The translations under genes were made by a program, and so were the position numbers. The notes under the pieces are model-generated. The model ran no database searches. It had not been told where the DNA came from and was given only the letters and a program-made list of their open reading frames with translations. This document shows positions 22,692-33,057 of a stretch of 64,000 bases of DNA, piece after piece. This DNA comes from an uncultured Thermodesulfobacteriota bacterium (GTDB lineage Bacteria; Desulfobacterota; B13-G15), in assembly GCA_964543765.1 (NCBI GenBank), contig CAZIZI010000002.1:78017-142016 (forward strand), written 5' to 3'. Every line of letters begins with the position of its first letter. Within the stretch, counting starts at the first letter, position 1.

Positions 22692-23464
22692 ATCATAAGG
22701 GTTAAGTTTTCCACTAACTTTTTAAAGATTTTTCCTATTTCTTCCTTTACTAGAGGATCAAGATCATAAGGGGAGAGCCCCCTTTTATCCGCTTCTTGAA
22801 TGGAAGGAAGATAAGGGAAATATCCTAAAATCGGCAAACCACTCATTCCTTCATCGATAAACCTTTTGTCCTCTTCTGAAACGACCTTGTTTCCCACTAC
22901 GAATATCCTTTTTATCCCAAGCTGTTCTGCCATTTCTTTAATCTGCCAAGCGGTGGAGATGCTTCTCTGTCCTGGTTCTACCACCACCAAAAAGGCATCG
23001 ACCCCTTTGGTACTGCCTCGACTTAAATGTTCGAGACCCGCTTCCATGTCCAGAATGACGAACTCTTCTCGTTTGACCAGAATATGGTGAAGCAACGTTT
23101 TGAGTAGTGCATTTTCGGGACAAAAGCAACCGGTTCCGGCCTTTTGTAAGGTTCCAAGTATAAGGAGTTTCACCCCGTACTTGGTTTTACCGAAAGTGTC
23201 AGGTATATCATCCACTTTTGGGTTTAGATTAAAAACACCACCTGGCATCACTTCGGTTCGTTCCTTCACCAATTCCTTCATCTGGGCTAAAGGTTTTACC
23301 CCCCTTATTTCTTCTTCCCTGAATCCGAGAGCCGAGGCCAAATTTGCATCAGGGTCCGCATCTATGGCCAAAACCTTATAGCCCTTTTCGGCTAAAAACC
23401 GAGCCAACCCTCCTGCTATGGTGGTTTTTCCGACTCCTCCTTTTCCTGCAACAGCTATTTTCAT
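22688..23464 (-). CDS. cooC: CooC-type nickel-insertion ATPase
   Basis: GKGGVGKTT, DADPDANL, LNPKVDDIP, GCFCPEN (CxC), DMEAGLEHL. Confidence 0.88.
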   Translation of the reverse strand: MKIAVAGKGGVGKTTIAGGLARFLAEKGYKVLAIDADPDANLASALGFREEEIRGVKPLAQMKELVKERTEVMPGGVFNLNPKVDDIPDTFGKTKYGVKLLILGTLQKAGTGCFCPENALLKTLLHHILVKREEFVILDMEAGLEHLSRGSTKGVDAFLVVVEPGQRSISTAWQIKEMAEQLGIKRIFVVGNKVVSEEDKRFIDEGMSGLPILGYFPYLPSIQEADKRGLSPYDLDPLVKEEIGKIFKKLVENLTLMI

Positions 23465-26076
23465 TGCTCCACCATTTTATCCATAAATTCCCTTTTAACC
23501 AACTCCAATTCTTCTTCTCGGGTCTTTATCTCCCCTTTGATCCTGGCTTCCAGGAGGCGCTTGAATATTAGATTGTAATTGGGGCCCGGAGGTATCCCCA
23601 GGTCCTTTAAATCCTTTCCCCTGAGTTCCGGTTTTTCCCATCGTGCTCGAGATATAAAATCCGCTAAAAGCTTCTGAACGTCCCTTTCTTCGCTTATCAC
23701 CATGAGATAGAGAAGGATCTCCAAACTGAACGGGATTAACAACTCATAAACTTTATAGGGATCCTTTTCCCTTTTAATTTGCCAAAGCGCTTTTTGGGCT
23801 TTTTTTCTCTCTTCGATCAGTTTTTTCCTTAAAGAACTTCCCAAATTAAGCCTTTCGCAAAACTCGACTTTGCTTTCTTCTTTAAGCGACTCGGTGAGAG
23901 AGAGGAGGTAAACCACGTATTGTTCAAGTCTTTCCGGCAGAAAAAGCAGATTATACCAATTCAATACTTCTTGAGTCTTGAGAATATAAGCTTTTGTTTT
24001 GGCCGATAAACTCAAATCCGGGTGAAACACCTTTAATAACCCCAGTTCTTCCATTTTTAAGAGGATCTTAAGGGGGTCGGGTTCTTCCAAGATCAATTTT
24101 AATTCGTTAAAAAACCTGTGACCGCTCAATTTTTCGACCACTCCCGAATTGATGGCCACTTTCATAAGTGATTCGGTCTGGCGGTCCAGCTTAAAACCAA
24201 AACGGGCTTCAAAGCGAAGGGCCCGAAAGATCCTGGATGGGTCTTCGATGAAACTCATGCCGTGCAGTACCCTTATCATCTTATCCTTTAAATCCCTTTG
24301 ACCCCCAAAAAAGTCTATAAGTTCGCCAAAGGAAGAGGGATTGAGGTCTATGGCTAATGCATTTATGGTGAAGTCCCTCCGGTATAAATCCATCTTAAGG
24401 GAACCTCTCTCCACCTTAGGGGGAGAAGCGGGTTCTGGATAAAACTCTATTCTCGCAGTGGCAACGTCCACCTTAAAACCTTCGGGTAGAAAAAGAGAAG
24501 CGGTGCCCATTGCTTTATGGACTTTGTAATTAAGACCCAAATTTTCCGCCAGGATCTTACTGAAGGCGATCGCATCTCCTTCCACTACTATATCTAAGTC
24601 CATGTTTTTATTGCCCGTTAAAAGATCTCTCACAAAACCTCCCACCAAGTAAGCTTTCATATCCATTTTTGTGGCCAATTCTCCCGCTTTGCGCAAAAAC
24701 TCGAACACAAAAGGCGGTAGCCGGTCTTCGAGTAAGGTTTTTAGATTCTTTCTCCGCCCCTTTTCCTCTTTTAATTTGAAACCCGTTGCAAATCCTTCAA
24801 ATGCCCTAAGTATTTCGCTTTTAGTAACACCTCCTATAAGTTTACCTTCCTTTATTACTGGTAGAAGCCTCTCATTTCCTGATATGATCTTCTCATAGAT
24901 TTCCCATAAGGGGGTTTCCTCCGTAAGAGCGGGGACTTCTCTCCTCATGAATTCGCTCACTTTCCTTTCATCTAATCCATGTAAAACGCCCTTCTCAACC
25001 TCTTCCCAACCTATCAGCCCCAGAAATTTCCCTTTTTCCGCTACAGGTAGCACTCCTAAGGCAAACTTTTGCATGATTTCATGAGCTTCTTTTAAGGTGG
25101 TGTCAGGGTGGATTGTCTTGAGAGGTGAGATCATTATGTCTTTCGCCAAAACCGGGGGTTCTACAATATTAGGTAATAATTTGAGCAACCTTTCTTTTAC
25201 ATCTTGAGGGGTCATGTTTTTGATAGTCGCCGAAGCTGCAGTGGGATGTCCCCCTCCTCCAAACTCGATGGCTATCTTGCTAACGTCCACCTTTGGACTT
25301 TTGGAACGCATAATGAGAAGCACCCTATTCTCCATTCTCAAGATCACAAAGAGAGCATCCCCACTTTCCATTCCTCTCAGCTTGTGGACCAGGAAGGCCA
25401 CGTCTTGTAAATACTCTTCAGAAGAAGCAGAGGTGATAACTATTTCGGATCCATTGATATGGTATTTTTCTGCGTTTTCTAACATTTGACTGAGAAGTTT
25501 GATCTGTTCGGGCGTCATTTCTCGCGCCATAATGTCATTTACCGCCTTCAAATCGGCTCCAAGTTCAATAAGAAAAGCAGCTTCTCGTAAATCTTCTGCT
25601 GTGGTGGAAGGAAAGGTGAAAGATCCGGTATCCTCGTAGATCCCGATTAACATTATAGTGGCCTCATCCTTGGAGATCCTTATCCCTCTTTCCCTCAAAA
25701 GCCGCGTCATAATGGTGGTGTTCGCTCCCTTCGGTTCGATGACTTCTACCTTACCTCTGAAGTCATCGGGAGAAGGGGGATGATGATCGTAAATGTGTAC
25801 TTCTACTTCCTCTTTTTCCAAAAGCCGAGCAAAAACCCCTATGCGTGATCTCTGGCGGGTATCTACCACTATGAGCCTTTTAATGGCGGAGAGTTCCACT
25901 TCTTTTATGCGTTTTAAATTAAAGAGATAAAAAGCCGAGCTTATCAAAAAATCCCTAAGGCTTCTTTCCTGTGAACCCGGGAAAACTACAAAGGCCTCGG
26001 GATAAAGTTTCTGAGCGGCGATGATTGAACCCAAGGCGTCAAAATCAGCATTAAGATGAGTTAAAATTGCCTCCAT
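23461..26076 (-). CDS. DHH-CBS-tRNA nucleotidyltransferase (A-adding/CCA-type)
   Basis: HLNADFD, YDHH, GGGHPTAASA, CBS pair, VGGFVRD, DLDIV, RRDFTINA, EDPSRIFR. Confidence 0.9.
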   Translation of the reverse strand: MEAILTHLNADFDALGSIIAAQKLYPEAFVVFPGSQERSLRDFLISSAFYLFNLKRIKEVELSAIKRLIVVDTRQRSRIGVFARLLEKEEVEVHIYDHHPPSPDDFRGKVEVIEPKGANTTIMTRLLRERGIRISKDEATIMLIGIYEDTGSFTFPSTTAEDLREAAFLIELGADLKAVNDIMAREMTPEQIKLLSQMLENAEKYHINGSEIVITSASSEEYLQDVAFLVHKLRGMESGDALFVILRMENRVLLIMRSKSPKVDVSKIAIEFGGGGHPTAASATIKNMTPQDVKERLLKLLPNIVEPPVLAKDIMISPLKTIHPDTTLKEAHEIMQKFALGVLPVAEKGKFLGLIGWEEVEKGVLHGLDERKVSEFMRREVPALTEETPLWEIYEKIISGNERLLPVIKEGKLIGGVTKSEILRAFEGFATGFKLKEEKGRRKNLKTLLEDRLPPFVFEFLRKAGELATKMDMKAYLVGGFVRDLLTGNKNMDLDIVVEGDAIAFSKILAENLGLNYKVHKAMGTASLFLPEGFKVDVATARIEFYPEPASPPKVERGSLKMDLYRRDFTINALAIDLNPSSFGELIDFFGGQRDLKDKMIRVLHGMSFIEDPSRIFRALRFEARFGFKLDRQTESLMKVAINSGVVEKLSGHRFFNELKLILEEPDPLKILLKMEELGLLKVFHPDLSLSAKTKAYILKTQEVLNWYNLLFLPERLEQYVVYLLSLTESLKEESKVEFCERLNLGSSLRKKLIEERKKAQKALWQIKREKDPYKVYELLIPFSLEILLYLMVISEERDVQKLLADFISRARWEKPELRGKDLKDLGIPPGPNYNLIFKRLLEARIKGEIKTREEELELVKREFMDKMVEQ

Positions 26077-26142
26077 CCCTCTTCAAAGTTAAACAAGCTT
26101 CGAATGAGTGTAAAGGCATGGGTTTTATGTTAAAATTTTATA

Positions 26143-28413
26143 ATGATGAAAGGAAAGGGACTCATGATTTTTATAGGATTTTTGTTCGGAATAATAGGGG
26201 TACCTTTATTTTATTTCACTTATTCTTTACCCCCCCTTAAAGACATTAACAGTTGGAAACCTCCCGTAATTACAAGGGTGATCTCCGATGACGGTAAGGT
26301 AGTAGGTGAACTTTACCTTCAGAGAAGAATCCTCGTCCCTAATGAGAGTATTCCCCGTTTGCTCAAACAGGCTTTTGTAGCAGCGGAGGATGCGGATTTT
26401 TATCGCCATAAAGGGATTTCCCTCGTCGGCATCGCCAGAGCTATGTTAAAAAACGTGGAGGCAGGAAGGGTAGTTCAAGGCGGAAGTACTATCACCCAAC
26501 AATTAGTAAGATCGTTGATCCTTGATCCTGAAAGGACGCTTTCCAGAAAGATAAAGGAGATGATTTTGGCTTGGCGTATAGAACAGCAATTGACTAAGGA
26601 CGAGATACTTTATCTGTATCTCAATCAAATTTATTTGGGGCACGGCAATTATGGTATAGGAGCCGCGGCGGATTATTATTTTGGCAAATTCCCTCATCAG
26701 TTAAATTTAGCCGAAATTGCATTATTAGCCGGTTTGCCAAGGGCACCTGAGATTTATTCCCCTTATCGTAACTTCGAATTAGCGAAAAGGCGTCAATTTT
26801 ACGTATTAAATAGAATGGTCGAAGAGGGATATATCTCCCAAGATGAAGCTCGTATAGCTTATGCTACTCCTTTAAAATTGAGAGAACACGATCGCGAACT
26901 TCAAGAGGCTTCAGCTTATTATTTAGATTATGTAAGACAGTATCTTTTAAATCGTTATGGGGAAAAAACAGTATATGAAGAAGGATTAACGGTTTATATC
27001 TCGATGGATTCCCGACTTCAAAGGGCCGCTTTTACATCTCTTCGAGAGGGAATTTTGAACATTAGCAAAAGGCAAGGTTATAAAGGACCAGAGAGAGTAA
27101 TCAGCGAAAAGGAGATCAAGGATTTCTGTAAGGCTCTCGAAGATGAGAATAAGAGAATAGAAGTGGGTAAGGTTTACCTGGGGGTGGTTCTTAATGTGGA
27201 AAAGGAGAAGGTGTGGGTTAGTATGGGGAAGGAAAAGGGGGTTCTCGAATCAAAGAATCTCACTTGGCTTAAAGGAGGTTTTAAAAGAGGCCATGTTATA
27301 AGGGTGAAAGTAAAAGAGAAACTCGAGGATGTGTTTAAGCTTGAGTTTTACCAAGAACCAGAAGTAGAAGGTGCTATTTTTGCCATGGAATTGCCTACTG
27401 GTTACGTCAGAGCTATGGTGGGGGGTTATGATTTTCATCGGAGTCAATTCAACCGGGCTCTTCAAGCAAAACGTCAACCGGGTTCGGCCTTTAAGCCAGT
27501 GGTATACGCCGCGGCTTTGACTAAAGGGTTTAATCCGGTTAGTAAGATTTTGGACGTTCCGGTAGTTTATCCTGAGGAAAATTGGAAACCTATGAATTAT
27601 CAAGGGCGTTTTTACGGCCCAGTTACGCTGAGATTTGCGTTGGCTCAAAGTTTAAACTGCGCAACCGTTAATCTAGCAAGGGAATTGGGAATAGATTACG
27701 TGATACAATTCGCGAAACGCTTGGGGATTAATTCTCACTTAAGCAGGGACCTTTCGACAGTTTTAGGTTCTTCGCCGGTCACGCTTTTTGAGCTTGTTAG
27801 GGCCTTTGCCGTTTTTGCCACTGGTGGGCATCTTATACAGCCTGTTTTCGTTAGGAAGATAGTGGATAGAGAGGGAAAGGTATTGGAAGAGAACGAGCCG
27901 TTACCTTTAGAGGGAGAGCTTCGGAAACAAGGGATCGAGCCTCAAGGGAAGTATAACCCGCAAGTTTTGAGCGAAGGAGTCGCCTACATCATGACTAACA
28001 TGCTTCAATCAGTAGTCCAAGAAGGTACCGCTCAAATGGCCAAAAGTCTCGGTTGGCCATGTGCGGGTAAAACTGGAACCACAGACAATTACACCGACGC
28101 ATGGTTTATAGGATATGTACCCCATCTCATCACAGGGGTATGGGTGGGGTTCGATAAGTCCAGATCCTTAGGACCGGGTGAAACGGGGGCACGGGCTGCC
28201 TTGCCCATATGGGTTAATTTCATGAAAGAGGCCCTTTCTGGACATTTGCCTCAAGACTTTCCTTTACCCGAAGGCGAGGTGGTGTTCATAAGAATTAACC
28301 CCCAGACTGGATTACCTGCTTCTCCGGAAGAAGAAGGCATTTTTGAGCCTTTCCTCCAAGGGGTACAAGTTACGCCTTCTTCCCCAAACGCTTCTGGGCA
28401 GCTTCAAGAATAA
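26143..28413 (+). CDS. Penicillin-binding protein 1A
   Basis: AAEDADFY.H.G, QGGSTITQQL, RKIKE, YLNQIY; SAFK, SLN, KTGT. Confidence 0.93.
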   Translation: MMKGKGLMIFIGFLFGIIGVPLFYFTYSLPPLKDINSWKPPVITRVISDDGKVVGELYLQRRILVPNESIPRLLKQAFVAAEDADFYRHKGISLVGIARAMLKNVEAGRVVQGGSTITQQLVRSLILDPERTLSRKIKEMILAWRIEQQLTKDEILYLYLNQIYLGHGNYGIGAAADYYFGKFPHQLNLAEIALLAGLPRAPEIYSPYRNFELAKRRQFYVLNRMVEEGYISQDEARIAYATPLKLREHDRELQEASAYYLDYVRQYLLNRYGEKTVYEEGLTVYISMDSRLQRAAFTSLREGILNISKRQGYKGPERVISEKEIKDFCKALEDENKRIEVGKVYLGVVLNVEKEKVWVSMGKEKGVLESKNLTWLKGGFKRGHVIRVKVKEKLEDVFKLEFYQEPEVEGAIFAMELPTGYVRAMVGGYDFHRSQFNRALQAKRQPGSAFKPVVYAAALTKGFNPVSKILDVPVVYPEENWKPMNYQGRFYGPVTLRFALAQSLNCATVNLARELGIDYVIQFAKRLGINSHLSRDLSTVLGSSPVTLFELVRAFAVFATGGHLIQPVFVRKIVDREGKVLEENEPLPLEGELRKQGIEPQGKYNPQVLSEGVAYIMTNMLQSVVQEGTAQMAKSLGWPCAGKTGTTDNYTDAWFIGYVPHLITGVWVGFDKSRSLGPGETGARAALPIWVNFMKEALSGHLPQDFPLPEGEVVFIRINPQTGLPASPEEEGIFEPFLQGVQVTPSSPNASGQLQE

Positions 28414-30310
28414 GACCTAACATCTCCTTGTAAGTTATACCCGCTATTTCCGCCATTTTGGCTAAATGTCCATCCCAACACCAACCTGGATTGGGGTTTA
28501 CTTCTAATAACTTCGGATTGCCCTCGTAATCTAAACGCCAATCAAAGCGGCAATAGTCCCTGCATTCAAGTCTCGAAAACAATTTTAAACAACATTCAAT
28601 GATGAACCCCTTAACTTCTTCAGGTAATTCTGCTTTAATCGATCGGATTTTTCCATAAGGCGAGTCTGGCAACCATTTAGCTTCATATCCACATATTCTT
28701 GGTAAATCTAAAGGTAATTGGGAATAATCCTCTTCAATAATAGGGAGTACTATGAAATCATCAGGGGGATTTCCGATAATACCTACACTTAAATCTTTCC
28801 CTGTAAGGAATTCCTCAATAAGGATTGGCTTATCATAACCAAAATTCTCACGAGTTTCATGGATAACATCGAGTAACTGTTCGAGATTATTCACAACACT
28901 ACGCGCAGTAATCCCAAAACTTGAGTCACCAAAAACAGGTTTGACAATTACAGGGAAATTTAACGAAAAATCAAAGCTCATATCCTCCGATTTTACTAAT
29001 ACACCTGAAGGTACAGGAATTCCCATTTCCCTTGCAATTCCCCGTATTAGTGATTTGTCATAACAGTATATTAAACAACGAGGACCCGAACCAGTGTAAG
29101 GTATTCCTAATATTTCCAATAAAGCAGGGATATGAGCTTCTTTCAACGGATCGTTGAAATAACCTTCGTCACAGAGATTAAATACAAAATTGATTTTAGG
29201 CTTGATCTTTATAAGATCAAATATTAATGTATCATGATTATCGAGATAACTAAATCTGTAATCCTCCAATTCGTTGAGGGCTTCTTTTAACTTATCGATG
29301 GTATAAATATCATCGTCGTCAAAAATTCCCATTGGTTTCAAGGGATCGGGTTTTCTTTTGTCACCTAGTAAAACCACCACATGTTTTAGCTCTTTTTTTG
29401 CTTTCTTTTTAACGAAGCTCCATTCCTTTTTCGCAACTGCGCTTACAAAGATGCGTCTTTCCATCATTCCCAAATCTTGGTTTCGTTTAGAATGACTTAC
29501 GAATTCCTTATGAAACGTTATATCGCTGAAGCCTGCCGTTTGAAGCAGTTCTCTTAGGGCTTCTCGTGTGTAAAGCCTTTCAGCGTAAAATCTATCGGCA
29601 ATGACTCCCTTTTCCACATGGGTTATTATCTCTCTACATATTAGTCTTTGCCCATCGCTTGAGAGGCTTCTTTCTCTACAGACGAAATGTTTTTTGTCTA
29701 TCCATTCCCAACTCCTGGGTTGGAAATGCGTTTTTAGATATTCCCCATCGGCCACATCGATAAAAATCCGTCCCCATGGTTTTAGAACCTTGAAAACTTC
29801 CTTTAACACTTTGAGATCGTCTTTGAGTGATTCGAAATATCCAAAGCTGTTACCCAAAATCAGCACCACGTTGAAACTATCAGGGCTGTAAGGGAGTTTT
29901 AAAGCGTTACCTTCTCGAAATTTGACATTCAATCCTTCTTTTTTTGCGTGATTTTTAGCCTTTTGAATTAAATAATGTGACCTATCAAGTCCCTCAACGT
30001 ATTTAAACCCCCTTCTTGCAAGCTCTAAACTATGCCTTCCGTGTCCACAACATAAATCCAATATCTTATCTTCTATTGATGGTTTTAATATATCAAGCAA
30101 TATATCAACTTCAATTTTTGTGATTAAGGGATCATCTACCAGGTCACCGTCCGTTTTTAAATAAAGGCTATCAAAGACCTGAGACCACCAATTAGGGCTA
30201 ACCTTATCCTCAAGGTTTTCTATTGGGCCTAAACACCGAGAGGAAAGGGAATTCGGCTTCTGTCGATTGGAGTTAAAAACGTTTTTTTTCACGTTTTGGT
30301 CCATCCCCAT
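28370..30310 (-). CDS. Fusion of class I SAM methyltransferase and D-Ala-D-Ala ligase-like ATP-grasp domain
   Basis: N-half ILDLCCGHGRH, GLDRS, GNSFGYF; C-half VFNLCDEG, PYTGS, VIVKP..GDSSFGI, CRFDWR, LEVNPNPG. Confidence 0.8.
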   Translation of the reverse strand: MGMDQNVKKNVFNSNRQKPNSLSSRCLGPIENLEDKVSPNWWSQVFDSLYLKTDGDLVDDPLITKIEVDILLDILKPSIEDKILDLCCGHGRHSLELARRGFKYVEGLDRSHYLIQKAKNHAKKEGLNVKFREGNALKLPYSPDSFNVVLILGNSFGYFESLKDDLKVLKEVFKVLKPWGRIFIDVADGEYLKTHFQPRSWEWIDKKHFVCRERSLSSDGQRLICREIITHVEKGVIADRFYAERLYTREALRELLQTAGFSDITFHKEFVSHSKRNQDLGMMERRIFVSAVAKKEWSFVKKKAKKELKHVVVLLGDKRKPDPLKPMGIFDDDDIYTIDKLKEALNELEDYRFSYLDNHDTLIFDLIKIKPKINFVFNLCDEGYFNDPLKEAHIPALLEILGIPYTGSGPRCLIYCYDKSLIRGIAREMGIPVPSGVLVKSEDMSFDFSLNFPVIVKPVFGDSSFGITARSVVNNLEQLLDVIHETRENFGYDKPILIEEFLTGKDLSVGIIGNPPDDFIVLPIIEEDYSQLPLDLPRICGYEAKWLPDSPYGKIRSIKAELPEEVKGFIIECCLKLFSRLECRDYCRFDWRLDYEGNPKLLEVNPNPGWCWDGHLAKMAEIAGITYKEMLGLILEAAQKRLGKKA

Positions 30311-30434
30311 CCCCCTTATGCGATTTTTTCTGATTGCAAATTTGCTCCAAATGACCTCATTTTTGCAAGAGGTTTTTTAAAAAGAGTTGACAAACCCAGT
30401 TTTTTGGCATACAAATTTAGAGGGATTTTTGATA

Positions 30435-31487
30435 ATGAAAGTATTGGAGGCTTTAAAGAGTGGTAAGAGGGCTTCTTTAGCATTAGGGATCGATATAGGT
30501 TCCAGCAACATTAAATTGGTCGAACTTAAACTCGAAAAAGATGTTTATCGGGTTGATAAAATCGCTTTACAACCTCTTCCTCCAGGCAGTGTCTCTCAAA
30601 GGGGTTATGTCGATTTGATAAGCGTAGCAGAAGCGCTACGTTTATTGATAAATGCGCATAAGTTAAAAAAGAGAAAAGTAGCGACTTCTGTAGCCGGACA
30701 TGGAGTAATAGTAAAAAGATTACTTATACCTCCTATGAGTCAAAAGGAGCTTGAGGAGAATTTAAGAATAGAGGCGAAAAAATATATTCCCGATGTAGAA
30801 GAGGTGGTATTAGATTTCCATATATTGTCCCAAGAAGCGGAGGTTATGGAGATTTTACTTGTAGCAGCCAAGAAAGAGATGATTAATAATTATTTAGCTA
30901 TTTTAGAAGAAACAGAATTAGAACCAGTAATAATAGATGTTGATGCTTTTGCGCTACAGAATGCTTTCGAAATAAATTATCCTCACGAAGTTAAAAATGT
31001 TGTAGCTTTATGTGATATTGGTGATAGTGTGACTACTATAAATGTAGTTAAAAATGGGGAATGCCTTTTCACAAGAGATGTGGCTATTGGAGGAAGGTTT
31101 TATACTGAGGAGTTACAAAAAGAAATGGGTATAGGATATGAAGAGGCCGAATCCCTGAAGCTTAGCCTTAAGGATGAAAGAAATCCTAAGGTTAACAAAG
31201 TCGTTAGTAGAGTTTCGCGTCTTATTTCGCTTGAAATAGCCAAAACCTTAGATTTTTTTTCAGCTTCCTATCCGGATGAAAAGATCAATAAGCTTTATAT
31301 AACTGGTGGCACTACAAAAGTGCCAGGCCTTAAGGAGATGATAGAGGAGCGCATTGGGGTCAATGTGGACTTTTTTAACCCATTTAACAATTTAATAGTT
31401 GATGCTAATAAGTTCCCCCTAGATTATTTGAAGGAAATTGCGCCTTTTACTGCAGTGGCTGTAGGTCTTGCCCTTAGGAAAGTGTGA
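30435..31487 (+). CDS. pilM: Type IV pilus assembly protein PilM
   Basis: GIDIGSSNIKLVEL, LDFHIL, LLVAAKKE, DVDAFALQN, AVAVGLALR. Confidence 0.93.
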   Translation: MKVLEALKSGKRASLALGIDIGSSNIKLVELKLEKDVYRVDKIALQPLPPGSVSQRGYVDLISVAEALRLLINAHKLKKRKVATSVAGHGVIVKRLLIPPMSQKELEENLRIEAKKYIPDVEEVVLDFHILSQEAEVMEILLVAAKKEMINNYLAILEETELEPVIIDVDAFALQNAFEINYPHEVKNVVALCDIGDSVTTINVVKNGECLFTRDVAIGGRFYTEELQKEMGIGYEEAESLKLSLKDERNPKVNKVVSRVSRLISLEIAKTLDFFSASYPDEKINKLYITGGTTKVPGLKEMIEERIGVNVDFFNPFNNLIVDANKFPLDYLKEIAPFTAVAVGLALRKV

Positions 31488-31490
31488 GAG

Positions 31491-32033
31491 ATGATAGAGA
31501 TAAACCTTTTGCCTATTAGTGAGATTCGCGAGAAAGAAAAGAAAAGGTTTAAAGTTTCGGTGTCTCTCCTTCTCACAAGCTTGGTTATAGTAGTTTGTGT
31601 TTATCTAAAATGGACAGCTAATCAAAAGGAACGAATCGTGGATGAGAATATAGGGAAGATAAACGAGGAGATAAAGAGATTAGATCTTTTAATTAAAGAA
31701 GTCGCTCAATTAAAAAACGAAAAAGAGGCTTTGGAAAAACGTTTGAAGGTAGCTGAGGCTTTAGAAAAAGGCAGGCTTGAGGCCGCCGTTATAATGATGG
31801 ATTTGAGCAAAAGGGTTCCAGAAAAGCTTTGGCTTGAGGGATTGGAAAAAAAGGGAGAATCGGTAAAGTGCAGTGGCATAGCTTTAGATGAGGAGACGAT
31901 AGCCGATTTCATGACGGCTCTTAAGGGGTCTCCTTACATAAAGAAAGTTGAGCTCGAATCTGTGACAAAACAATCGATAGGAGGGGTAAACCTTAAAAAG
32001 TTTATCTTAACTTGTGAATTTAGGATAGATTAA
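31491..32033 (+). CDS. pilN: Type IV pilus assembly protein PilN
   Basis: MIEINLLP, single TM, coiled coil, operon position. Confidence 0.9.
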   Translation: MIEINLLPISEIREKEKKRFKVSVSLLLTSLVIVVCVYLKWTANQKERIVDENIGKINEEIKRLDLLIKEVAQLKNEKEALEKRLKVAEALEKGRLEAAVIMMDLSKRVPEKLWLEGLEKKGESVKCSGIALDEETIADFMTALKGSPYIKKVELESVTKQSIGGVNLKKFILTCEFRID

Positions 32034-32630
32034 ATGACGAGGTTTAAGACAATAAAAAGAGAGATTCTCGTTGTGATTTTATTGTGGATAGTTATTTTAG
32101 CTGTATTCTGGCAGGTCTTTTATAGGCCTCAAAAATTAAGAATTATAGAAAAAGAACATCGTTTGGAGCAGTTGATAAATGAAAGAGATCGAAAGAAGAT
32201 GATGGCTCAACAGTTGGATAAATATAGGAGTGAAATGGCCGAGATACGGAATAAATTGGCTGAGATTACTACAAAATTACCAGACGAAAAGGAAGTACCC
32301 GGTTTACTCAAAATGGTATCTTTGGTGGGTAAAAATTCAGGTTTAGATATTGAGTCCTTTCAACTTAAAGGGGAAGAAAGGAAGAGTTTTTATGCGGAAG
32401 TACCTTTTGAGATGAGTTTTGTGGGTAACTATCATCAAATTGGGATGTTCTTTTATCAAGTGGGGCAGCTTCCAAGGATAATAACTATAAGGGAATTCTC
32501 CTTTTCTCCCATTAAAGAAGCCGCAGGAGGGGAAAGGTTTGTAAAACTTAAGGGAGTTTGTAAGGGTGCTACTTATTACTTCATAGAAGAAACATCTGCG
32601 GCAGGTAAAAAGGATGAGAAGAAATCTTAA
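32034..32630 (+). CDS. pilO: Type IV pilus assembly protein PilO
   Basis: LPDEKEVPGLL, FYAEVP, GNYHQIGMFF..V..LPRI. Confidence 0.9.
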   Translation: MTRFKTIKREILVVILLWIVILAVFWQVFYRPQKLRIIEKEHRLEQLINERDRKKMMAQQLDKYRSEMAEIRNKLAEITTKLPDEKEVPGLLKMVSLVGKNSGLDIESFQLKGEERKSFYAEVPFEMSFVGNYHQIGMFFYQVGQLPRIITIREFSFSPIKEAAGGERFVKLKGVCKGATYYFIEETSAAGKKDEKKS

Positions 32631-33057
32631 AAAAGTTTTTGTTATTTTGCTTCTTTCCTTTTTTCCCGTATTTAATAGCTTAAGCGAACAGAAGGTGCTC
32701 ATTTATGATCCAGAAACGTTAAGGGATCCCTTTAGGCCCTTTATAAAAAGAGAAGAGCCCATTAGGCCAAAAGGAGTAATTGAGTCTCCCCTTTTACAAT
32801 ATGAATTGAGCCAATTGAAGCTTGTGGCGATAATTGTAGGCGGAAATGAAGATAGGGCTATGGTAGAAGATTCAGAAGGGAAGGGATACATAATTCGCAT
32901 AGGGGATTATATAGGTAATCGATTTGGAAGGGTTAAAGAGATAAGGAAAGATGGCGTAATTATAGAGGAGACTTACAAAGACATTGTAGGACGAATCCGG
33001 AAAAAAGAGATCATTTTATATCTTCATCCTCAAGAGAAAGGAGAAAAGAAGCCATGA
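32614..33057 (+). CDS. pilP: Type IV pilus assembly protein PilP
   Basis: RDPFRP, PLLQYELSQLKLVAII, G.GYII..GDYIG. Confidence 0.88.
   Translation: MRRNLKKVFVILLLSFFPVFNSLSEQKVLIYDPETLRDPFRPFIKREEPIRPKGVIESPLLQYELSQLKLVAIIVGGNEDRAMVEDSEGKGYIIRIGDYIGNRFGRVKEIRKDGVIIEETYKDIVGRIRKKEIILYLHPQEKGEKKP

Noticed and set aside
30334-30352. sigma54 promoter for the methyltransferase/ATP-grasp gene (TGGAGCAAATTTGCA)
   Set aside because: GG-to-GC spacing is 9 nt, not the required 10.
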